This document shows, in pieces, positions 1 through 8,345 of a stretch of 64,000 bases of DNA. The stretch covers positions 7,232,001-7,296,000 of the forward strand of contig CAVTTN010000002.1 in NCBI GenBank assembly GCA_963737655.1, in the 5' to 3' direction. The notes below the pieces were generated by a model. The model was not told the origin of the DNA. It saw only the letters and a list, made by a program, of their open reading frames with translations, and searched no databases. The position numbers were made by a program, and so were the translations under genes. Origin of the DNA: an uncultured Planctomycetota bacterium (GTDB taxonomy: Bacteria; Planctomycetota; Planctomycetia; Isosphaerales; Isosphaeraceae). Numbering within the stretch: position 1 is the first letter of the stretch; every line of letters starts with the position of its first letter.

Positions 1-390
1 GCCAGGGTCGCCGAGCGGGGGACGAACCTCTCGGGAGGGCAGAGGCAGAGGATCGCCCTGGCGCGGGTGTTCCTCAAGAATCCGCCGATCCTGGTGCTCG
101 ACGAGGGCACCTCCGCGCTCGACACCATCAGCGAGCGGAAGATTCAGAGGGCCATCGACCGCGCCCGGTCCGACCGCACCGTGATCCTGGTTGCCCACCG
201 CCTCTCCACCCTCCGGGACGCCGACCGCATCCTCGTGTTCGACGCCGGCCGGGTCGTCGAGTCCGGCTCGTACGACGACCTCGTCACGCGGAACGGCACC
301 TTCGCCGAACTCGTCCGCTCGGCCTCGGGCGACGACATCCCGAGCCTGGTCGACGAGGCGGTCGCCGAGCCCGAGCCGGCCCTGGTGTGA
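1..390 (+). CDS. ABC transporter ATP-binding/permease protein, C-terminal part (5'-truncated by window)
   Basis: Frame 1 from base 1 reads ARVAERGTNLSGGQRQRIALARVFLKNPPILVLDEGTSALD...VAHRLST: ABC signature, Walker B and H-loop. Confidence 0.95.
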   Translation, partial: ARVAERGTNLSGGQRQRIALARVFLKNPPILVLDEGTSALDTISERKIQRAIDRARSDRTVILVAHRLSTLRDADRILVFDAGRVVESGSYDDLVTRNGTFAELVRSASGDDIPSLVDEAVAEPEPALV

Positions 391-414
391 ACGGGACCGG
401 GGCTTTTCCTGGGT

Positions 415-652
415 CGGGTGGCATGCTTACGTCTTTGTCACGCGACACGAAGTTATACCCCCTGAATTGTTCGACAATTTCAAGGACCTTCGGACGCAAC
501 CGACGATATTTCAAGCGTTTATACGAAGAAACGCCTGAAAATACAATCGCGGCGCGGGGGTATAACTTCGTGTCGCGTGACATCTTCGTAAGCATGTCTT
601 CGGTCAGGCTCGAACCGAAGACATGCTTACGAAGACGTAAGCATGCCACCCG
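415..652. repeat. REP doublet (REPIN-like): two inverted 38-bp palindromic units, the left one interrupted by a MITE
   Basis: Removing 436-586 restores CGGGTGGCATGCTTACGTCTTCGTAAGCATGTCTTCGG, the exact reverse complement of 615-652. Confidence 0.85.
436..582. mobile_element. 147-bp non-autonomous MITE with perfect 27-bp TIRs (TGT...ACA) and 4-bp target duplication TCTT
   Basis: TGTCACGCGACACGAAGTTATACCCCC (436-462) is the exact reverse complement of 556-582; TCTT at 432-435 and 583-586; no transposase ORF. Confidence 0.85.
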
Positions 653-833
653 GACGAACCCCAGGGACCCTCCACGGCGAAGGCACGGGTCTTCGCGACC
701 ATCCTCGACTTGGCTTCTCACCGGCACACCGGTTGCAAATATCACTCCTCGTCAGGATCGTCCGTCGGCCGGTTTCCCTCCAGGTCTTCGGAGGGACCGT
801 TCGGACGAGTACGTCCTCCCGGGAGATGGTCCG

Positions 834-1849
834 ATGCGGTCCCCTCGCAAGATGTTGACTCTCCAGGTGTTCGGGGCCGTCGCGGTCGGCCTCGGCCTGG
901 GTCCGGCGCCCCTCCGGGCCCAGGACGGCCAGCCCCCGACCGGCCCTCCGGTCACCAATCCCCGAACCAATAGCTCGCTGCCCCAGACCGGCGGGGCGAC
1001 CACGCCCAATACCACGGTCCCCGGCGGAGGGACCGGCACCCCGGCCGCCCCCCGGACCACGGCCGACATCCTGCCGGGCATCCCCGAGACCGCCCGAGAC
1101 CCCGCCCCTCCGGGAACCCGGGGCGTCCGGGTGGACGTCCGGGCGCGAATCCCGCGGCCCCCGGGGCGATCCCGCCCGCCCCCCCGATCATGAATCGCGG
1201 ACTGCCCCGGGGCGTCCAGGTCGCCGAGGGCGTCGTGACCCGGATCGACCGCGCCGGCAAGAACCTCAACGGCGAGCTGATCCGCTTCGCCTTCGACCCC
1301 TCGCAGGACTGGACCGGCTACGTCGATCGAGGGGCCATCGGAGTTCCCGAGAACAACGCCGATCGCCCCAAGACCACCCAGGATGAGAAGGCCGCCAACG
1401 AGCAGGCCCACGCCGACAAGCCCGAGGCGCCGAAGGTCCTGGAGATGGTCATCAGCAAGCGTTCCTATATCTACACCTACGCCCGGACCCCCGACGGCAT
1501 CGACCTCTACGGGGCCCAGACGGCCAGCTCGCCCGACTCCACCAGCTCTCGGACCGGCCTGACCCGCCGCCCGGCCTCGGCGCCGACCGGGCAGCCCCTC
1601 GCCACGAACTTCACCAACATCAAGGAAGGCTCCTTCGTGGCCGTCCGGTATCGCCGGGTGGGCGACCTCAACGAGGTCCTGAACCTCAGCCTGATCGAGT
1701 TCCCGATCGGCCAGCCGGGCGAGACGGTCGGCGGAGCTCCCGCCCCGGGCCTCCCGGGCGGCCCGGCCGCGCTGCCCCCCGGACCGGGCAACGTCCGCAT
1801 CCCGAGCGTCCCGACCGCCCCGGTCGGCACCTCCACGTTGCCCCGATAA
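834..1849 (+). CDS. Secreted Pro/Gly-rich hypothetical protein (one frameshift near 1120)
   Basis: Signal peptide MRSPRKMLTLQVFGAVAVGLGLGPAPLRA-Q; continues in the 1190..1849 frame (GGRPGANPAAPGAIPPAPPIMNRG...). Confidence 0.65.
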
Positions 1850-2719
1850 TCCCCCCGATCTCGGGAAATGACCAGACGGCGGCCGGCCCCTCGATCTCGG
1901 ATCGGGGCGCCGGCCGCCTCGCCATTTCCGGGGACGTTCGCGATCGGGGCGGGGCACATGGGTCGGCGGCCTCGGGACGGAGAGGAGATGCGTCGCGGCC
2001 CGTCCTCGACGGACCCTTTCCCCTCACCATCGCGACCGAGGCCCTCCGGCGATCGCTCCATCCGAAAAAAATGCGCCGGCCATCCGCCCGGATCGCGTCC
2101 CGGGTCGGTCGCGACGAAGCCGAGAGGCGTTCCGGTCATGGCACGCCGGGAACGCCTTTTTCGACCCCGAATCTTCTCGGTTCTGCGAGTCGCAAACCTT
2201 CAGGCCATCGCCCGTTACGGCCGAATAAGATTATTGATTCCGATATTCAAGTTCGTTTTGTGGCCACGGTCGTTGCGCACGCGAATTCGCTTCAATACAA
2301 GCGGAATTCGATGCTTTGCGACGTAAAGTGTAGTCAACTTTTCCCGAATTCGGGGATTGTCAAATCTCAGGCTGGCAACGTCGGTAAAATTATTCAGCGT
2401 TCTTTTTGATAAAATTGACTTGCGCAAGTATGTGATGGATTCGGCGGAAGGAGGTCGCCTCGCGGGGAGTCACCGGGGCTCATCCGTCAAAAAAATGTGA
2501 TGAATAGATCGGACCGGGATCGGAAGGACCGGCCCATCGGCCTTCGGGCGATCCGGGGGGACGGGACGACCTCCGTGATCGCCGGCCGCCCCTCGACGGC
2601 GCCGGGGCGAAATCCGGATCCGTGGCGGACTTTTATATATATTGTTATATTGATGTTATGATTGAAAATCGGGTTATCCAATCGCAAGGCGGATTCGATC
2701 GGGTCGATCGGCCCGGGGC

Positions 2720-3733
2720 TCAGCGGCCGTGCCCGGCGATCGCGTCGAACGTGGAGACCTCGTCGCGATCGTAGACGAACCGGGCGGGGAGGCCGACGAC
2801 CCGGGCCGCGCCCCGGTCCCGGAGCGGTCGGCGAAGCGCGGGGAGGGCCTTGGCGGCGACCAGGGCGGTGACCCTCCAGGACGGCGCGCCCCCTTCGGCC
2901 CAGACCTCGCCCCGGGCGACGTGGCGGGCCCCGCGATCGGCCAGGAGGGCGGCGACGGCCGAGGAGGCGTCGGGATCGGTCCCGGGCGCGCCGACGACCT
3001 CCAGGTGGAGCCAGCCCTCGGAGGCCCTCACGCCGTCGATCGCGTCGAGCAGGAGGGCCAGGGGCGAGCCCGGCCCCTCGGCGGCCAGCGACTTCAGGGT
3101 CGGCCCGTGGCCGATCAGGCAGGCGGCCGATTCCAGGACGGTCCCCCCCTCGACCTCCCGGAGCCGGTTGTCCTTCAGCGTCGTCCCCGAGCTGGCCAGG
3201 TCCACGATGATGTCGGCGATCCCCAGGCTCGGGTGCAGCTCCAGGGCCCCGTCGGATTCGATCATCTGGTAATGATAGATTCCATACTTCCGAAAATACG
3301 AACGCACGAGCGAAGGATACTTCGTCGAGACGCGGAACGTCCGCCCGGCGGCCTTGAACTCGGCGGTCAGGTCCGCCAGGTCGATCGCGTGGACGACGTC
3401 GATCCAGCTCTCGGGGACGGCGACGACCAGCCGGCAGCCCCCGTAGCCGAGGTCCTGGATCACCACGAGGACGTCCTCGGCCTCGGCCGATCGTTCGGCG
3501 AAGACGTCGAACCCGGTGACGCCCAGGTGGCACCGGCCCTCCTGGACCTGGGTGACGATGTCCGCCGGCCTCATGAAGACGACGTGGAACCGCGGGTGGC
3601 CGGCGATCACGGCCTCGTATTGACGATCGCTCGCGCGACGGACCTTGTATCCGGCCGTCTTGAGCAAATCGACGACGCCTTCATACAAGTGCCCCTTGGA
3701 GGGGATGGCCAGGCGGATCGGGTCGGCGGGCAT
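2720..3733 (-). CDS. hisG: ATP phosphoribosyltransferase with C-terminal extension
   Basis: MPADPIRLAIPSKG, RPADI, LGVTGFD, DLGYGGCRLVVA, STKYP, DIIVDLASSGTTLKDNRL. Confidence 0.95.
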   Translation of the reverse strand: MPADPIRLAIPSKGHLYEGVVDLLKTAGYKVRRASDRQYEAVIAGHPRFHVVFMRPADIVTQVQEGRCHLGVTGFDVFAERSAEAEDVLVVIQDLGYGGCRLVVAVPESWIDVVHAIDLADLTAEFKAAGRTFRVSTKYPSLVRSYFRKYGIYHYQMIESDGALELHPSLGIADIIVDLASSGTTLKDNRLREVEGGTVLESAACLIGHGPTLKSLAAEGPGSPLALLLDAIDGVRASEGWLHLEVVGAPGTDPDASSAVAALLADRGARHVARGEVWAEGGAPSWRVTALVAAKALPALRRPLRDRGAARVVGLPARFVYDRDEVSTFDAIAGHGR

Positions 3734-3734
3734 C

Positions 3735-5247
3735 TCAGGGGGCCTCGCGGCGGGAGAACACGTCAGCAAGCCCGGAGGCGTCGGCGGCCCGAACCTCCCT
3801 CGGCGAGTCGTCGCCGACGGCCCATTCCTGGATCGACCCGGCCCCGTCGATCGGGCCGAGGACGCGATAGAACCGCGGATGGCGGCGCCCAGGGCCCGGC
3901 GGTTGGCCTCGGCCGGGGGCGGGTCGTCCAGGTCCAGGACGACGCTTTGATGGGTTTTTCGAAGGCCGGAGGCGAGCCGGATGGCCGGGAGTTTCGCCCC
4001 GGGGGCCGCGAACACCGAGATGCCGATTCCCGATCGGGATCGGGCCGGGAAATCCGAGGAGGGGGCCACGCTCGCCAGGCGTTCCAGGCCGAACGCGAAG
4101 CCGGCCCCGCGGTCGTCGCCCGACCCGCCGAGGACGCGGGCCAGGCCGTCGTAGCGGCCCCCTCCGCAGACCTCGAACGGGCCGTCGGCCGTCGGGACCA
4201 CGATCTCGAAGACCATCCGCGAGTAGAAGCCGATCCCCCGGCCGAACCCCAGGTCCAGGTCCACCGAATCGAGGTCCAGCCCGTAGGCGTCCAGGGCGCC
4301 GACCAGCGCCCGGAGCGACGCGACGGACTCGGGCGCGACCTGGGCGAACGAGGCTTCGAGCCGGGCCAGGACGTCGAGCGCCGGCCCCTTCAGGTCGGCG
4401 AGCTCGCGGACCCGGTCGCGCAAACGATGGAGCACGTCGTGGAGAGAGTGCGCCAGGTCCCACTTGCGCCCCAATCGGTCGAGGATCTCGCGGCCCGAGC
4501 GACGGCCGGTGACGTCGGGCACCAGGGTGCGGAACAGGCGATCGACGCCGGGGTCATCGGCGGCCCCGGTGGCCGAGGGTCGCGGAAGGTCGTCGGCCGG
4601 GCCGGAGATCAGGCGGGCCATGCTCTCCAGGGCCGATTCGAGGGCGGCGATCCCCCGGCCCTCGGCGGCGGCCTCGCTGAGCCTCTCGACCATCGCGGCC
4701 CTCGCCGCTTCGGGCAGGCCGGACCGGGCGAGCGTCTCCAAGATCAGCCCGACGTGGCCGACCCGCACCCGGGCCGGGATCGGCGCGACGCGGTCCAGCG
4801 CCGACCGGGCCAGCCAGATGATCTCGGCGTCGGCCTCGGCCCCGAGGCGCCGAGCATCTCGACGCCCACTTGCGTGAACTCGCGATCGAATCCCGGTCGG
4901 CCCGATTCGTCGCGGAACACCGGCCCCGACACGCAGACCCGCCAAGGCACCGGGAGGGGCTCCGCCGACTCGACGAACGCCCGGACGACGCCCGCCGTGA
5001 GTTCGGGGCGGAGACTGAGCCGGCCGCCGTCGGCCACCTCGAACAGCTTCGAGACGATCCCCGCGCCGCTCTTGCGCTCGTGGAGGTCCGCCCTCTCCAG
5101 GACCGGCACCCGCATCGGCCGGTAGCCGACGGACCGGAAATGATCGATCAACGTCCCTTCGAGCCAATACAGTGGTTCATACGAGGACGGGAGCCAGTCC
5201 CGGGTGCCCCGGACCAGGCCGACGGGCTTCTCCGAGGGCGCGCTCAC
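3735..5247 (-). CDS. hisZ: ATP phosphoribosyltransferase regulatory subunit (frameshifts near 4845 and 3880)
   Basis: HisRS-like motifs RGTRDWLP, LRPELT, GPVFR, REFTQVGVE, GGGRYDGL, GFAFGLER spread over three frames; lies between hisS and hisG. Confidence 0.85.
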
Positions 5248-6716
5248 GACCCCACCCCCGCCAGGGCCCGGGCCGTCGCCGCCTCGAGGTCCGCCCAGGC
5301 GATCGCCCGGGTCTCCTGCCTCGTTTCCAGATTTCTCAGGTTGAACACCTGCTTCTCCATCTCGTCCGGCCCCACGATCACCGCGAGCCGATGCCCGCGA
5401 GACGACCCGTAACCCATCTGCTTGCCGATGGCGATCGGGTCGGGGAAGACCTCCGCGCCGATGCCCGCGGTTCGAAGCCTCGCCGCCAGGCGGACGCTCA
5501 CCGCCGGGTCGCCGCCGGGGAAATTGGCGACCAGGATCGGCGCCGGGGCCGTCGTCCCCCCCAGGGCCTTGGCCTCGTCCAGCAGCGCGAGCAGGCGGTC
5601 GAGGCCGATCGACGCGCCGACGCCGGGTAGTTTCCTTGACGTGAACAAACTTGCCAGGTTGTCATAGCGACCGCCCGAGGCGATCGAGCCGAACCGCTCC
5701 CAGCCGTCCACCGTGGTCTCGAAGACGGCGCCGGTGTAGTAGTCCAGCCCCCGGGCCAGGCCGAGGTCGATCGCCACGCGGCCGGCCGGGACGCCCGAGG
5801 CGTCGAGCAAATCGAGGATCGTCCGAAGGTTCGCGATCCCCTCGGCGGCCCTCGCATTCGAGCCGAGCGACGACTCGGCCGCCTTCAGGACGTCGGCGGT
5901 CCCCCGGCCGTTCTCGACGAATTCGAGGACGCGGAGGGCCTGTTCCGCGGTCAAAGCCGGCCCGGCGGGGGTCTCCGGCTGGTCGCGATGCGAGGTCGGC
6001 TCGCCCGATGCGGCGAGGTCCGCGTCCTTGGACCAGGAAAGGTCGGGGCTCATCACGCCGGCCGGTCCGGGAGCGGCGGGCCTGGGCGTCTCGCCCGTCG
6101 TGAGCTCGTTCAACACGCCGTCGCGGCCGATCTTCGCGAGCTTGTCCAGCGACCGGAGGATCGCGCCTCCCCTGGTCGAGAGCCCGAGCGAATCGAGCAG
6201 GCCATCCAGGATCTTGCGATTGTTCAAATGAATCGTGAACGGCGGGACGCCCGCCGAGCTCAGCGCCGAGTGGATCACGGCGGCGGTCTCGGCGTCGGCC
6301 ACGGGGCTCTCGGTGCCCACCGTGTCGAAGTCGCACTGGGTGAACTCGCGGAACCGGCCTTTCGCGGGCCTCTCGCCGCGGAACACCGAGCCGATCGCGT
6401 ACCTCTTGAACGGGACGCCGAGCTCCTCGACGTGCTTCGCGACGAACCGGGCCAGCGGTACGGTGAGGTCGAACCGGAGGGCTAGCTCGCCGGGCGTCCC
6501 GCCCTTGTTGGTGACCTCGAAGATCTGCCGGAGGACCTCCTCCGAGCCGGCGCCCTTGCCGGTGAGGACCTCCATCCGCTCGATGTGAGGCGTCTCGATC
6601 GGCAGGAAGCCGAAGGCGGAGAACGTCTCGCGGAACGAGCGGAGCATCCGCTCTCGCGGGATGGTCACGCTCGGGGGCAGGTCCCTCAGCCCGCTGGCCA
6701 CGCGCGGATCGATCAT
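5244..6716 (-). CDS. hisS: Histidine--tRNA ligase
   Basis: LRFDLTVP, FRGERPAKGRFREFTQCDFD, LARGLDYYTG, GGRYDNL, anticodon-binding domain. Confidence 0.97.
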   Translation of the reverse strand: MIDPRVASGLRDLPPSVTIPRERMLRSFRETFSAFGFLPIETPHIERMEVLTGKGAGSEEVLRQIFEVTNKGGTPGELALRFDLTVPLARFVAKHVEELGVPFKRYAIGSVFRGERPAKGRFREFTQCDFDTVGTESPVADAETAAVIHSALSSAGVPPFTIHLNNRKILDGLLDSLGLSTRGGAILRSLDKLAKIGRDGVLNELTTGETPRPAAPGPAGVMSPDLSWSKDADLAASGEPTSHRDQPETPAGPALTAEQALRVLEFVENGRGTADVLKAAESSLGSNARAAEGIANLRTILDLLDASGVPAGRVAIDLGLARGLDYYTGAVFETTVDGWERFGSIASGGRYDNLASLFTSRKLPGVGASIGLDRLLALLDEAKALGGTTAPAPILVANFPGGDPAVSVRLAARLRTAGIGAEVFPDPIAIGKQMGYGSSRGHRLAVIVGPDEMEKQVFNLRNLETRQETRAIAWADLEAATARALAGVGS

Positions 6717-6831
6717 GGAACGGGCTTCCTGGGGCGACGAATCGGCAATTCCGGATCGACGATGTTACCAGAATGGGCCGGGAGTTGTCAGCGGTCGGCG
6801 GTCAGGTTGGGTCAAGCCCTCGATCCCGGTC

Positions 6832-6869
6832 CGGGTGGCATGCTTACGTCCGCCTAAGCATGCCACCCG
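6832..6869. repeat. Second copy of the REP family, as a single hairpin
   Basis: CGGGTGGCATGCTTA-cgtccgcc-TAAGCATGCCACCCG; arms match the outer ends of 415-652. Confidence 0.8.
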
Positions 6870-6884
6870 ACCGCCGAGAGCCCC

Positions 6885-8345
6885 TCACCCCACGATCGGC
6901 CGAATCACCGTTCCATGAACATCCGTCAATCGGCGGTCGATGCCGTTGTGGCGGAAGGTCAGCCGCTCGTGGTCGATGCCCAGGAGGTGGAGGACGGTGG
7001 CATGAAGGTCGTAGCCGGAAGTGACGCCTTCGACCGCGCGATAGGACCATTCGTCGCTGGCGCCGTGGGTGGTCCCGCCCCGGATCCCGCCTCCGGCGAG
7101 CCAGGAGGTGAAGGTGGAGGGGTTGTGGTCGCGGCCCTTGCCGCCCTGGCTGCACGGCATCCGGCCGAACTCGGTGGTCCAGATCACGATGGTGTCATCC
7201 AGAAGCCCTCGCGCCTTCAAGTCCCGGAGGAGCGCGGCGGCGGGCCGGTCCATGCTGCGGCCCATCAGGCCGTGGTCCCGGGCGATGTCCTCGTGGGAGT
7301 CCCAGTTGCGGCGAGGGAAGCCGTTGTCGGCGCCGCTCCAAACCTGGACGAACCGCACCCCGCGCTCTAGCAGCCGACGGGCGACCAGGCAGTTGCGGCC
7401 GAAGTCCTCGGTGACCGGGTCGTCCAGGCCGTAGAGCGACCTGGTGGCGAGCGATTCGCCCGAGAGGTCCAGGACCTCCGGGGCGCTGGTCTGCAACCTC
7501 GCCGCGAGTTCATACGAGGCGATCCTCGCATCGAGACGCGAGTCGCCTTCGCGGTCGCGGCGGTGGTCCTCGTTCAGGGAGCGGAGGAGGTCGCGGCCGT
7601 CTCGCTCGGCGTCGGCGGAGAACTCGGGCGATCTCGGGGGGAACAGGTCGTGGATCGGGTTCCTCGCGCCGGGCTTCACGGCCGTCCCCTGGGCGGTGGC
7701 CGGGAGGAAACCCGACCCCCAGTTCGCCGGGCCGTTCGGGGCGTAGCCTCGCGAGTCGGGCAGGACCACGAACGTGGGCAGGTTTTCATTCATCGAACCG
7801 AGGCCGTACGCCACCCACGCCCCGACGCTGGGGAACCCCGGGAGGACGAACCCGGTGGCCTGGAGGAACGTCGCCGGGCCGTGGACGTTCGACTTCGACA
7901 CCATCGCCGGGAGGAATGCCATGTCGTCGACGCACCCGGCCAGGTGGGGCACGAGGTCGCTCATCCACTTGCCCGACTCGCCGAATTGCCGCCAGTTCCA
8001 GGGGCTTTTCATGACGTTCTCGGGCGATGACTGGAACAGCTCGACCTTGCCGCCGGGGTCGAACTTCTCGCCGTGCCTGGCGATCAGGGCCGGCTTGTAG
8101 TCGAACGTGTCGCACTGGCTGGCGGCGCCGCTCATGAACAGTTGAACGACCCGTTTCGCCCTCGCGCGATGATGCAAGCCGCCGTTGAGGTCGGGTCGGG
8201 GGCCGTCGGCGGCGAGGAGGCCGTCGGAACCCAGCAGGCTGGCCAGGGCGATCCCGCCCAGCCCCCCGCCGAGGTCCCAGAGGAAGGCGCGACGGTCGAG
8301 GCGGCGGGGCGTGGCCATGAGGGGTGTCCGGTCGGGACGGGTCAA
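6885..8345 (-). CDS. DUF1501 domain protein (Tat-exported, sulfatase-like); alternative start 8318
   Basis: DRRAFL Tat motif, LFMSGAASQCDTFDYKP, ARRLLERGVRFVQ, WDSH, TTEFGRMP, GRDHNP. Confidence 0.93.
   Translation of the reverse strand: MTRPDRTPLMATPRRLDRRAFLWDLGGGLGGIALASLLGSDGLLAADGPRPDLNGGLHHRARAKRVVQLFMSGAASQCDTFDYKPALIARHGEKFDPGGKVELFQSSPENVMKSPWNWRQFGESGKWMSDLVPHLAGCVDDMAFLPAMVSKSNVHGPATFLQATGFVLPGFPSVGAWVAYGLGSMNENLPTFVVLPDSRGYAPNGPANWGSGFLPATAQGTAVKPGARNPIHDLFPPRSPEFSADAERDGRDLLRSLNEDHRRDREGDSRLDARIASYELAARLQTSAPEVLDLSGESLATRSLYGLDDPVTEDFGRNCLVARRLLERGVRFVQVWSGADNGFPRRNWDSHEDIARDHGLMGRSMDRPAAALLRDLKARGLLDDTIVIWTTEFGRMPCSQGGKGRDHNPSTFTSWLAGGGIRGGTTHGASDEWSYRAVEGVTSGYDLHATVLHLLGIDHERLTFRHNGIDRRLTDVHGTVIRPIVG

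Noticed and set aside
562..571. loxP-like arm ATAACTTCGT in the MITE TIR
   Set aside because: Only 10 of 13 bases match, there is no 8-bp spacer architecture and no recombinase; the TSD and TGT...ACA ends fit DDE transposition better.
387..833. N-terminal part of ORF 387..1193
   Set aside because: It reads through the REP/MITE repeats; the credible start is the signal peptide at 834.
1850..2719. oriC
   Set aside because: No cluster of TTATCCACA-type DnaA boxes (only one partial match near 2674) and no dnaA/dnaN context.
2720..5167. 815-aa HisZ-HisG fusion ORF
   Set aside because: Artefact of two frameshifts in hisZ. A plausible HisZ C-terminus ends at 3735 in another frame, and hisG has its own ATG at 3733.
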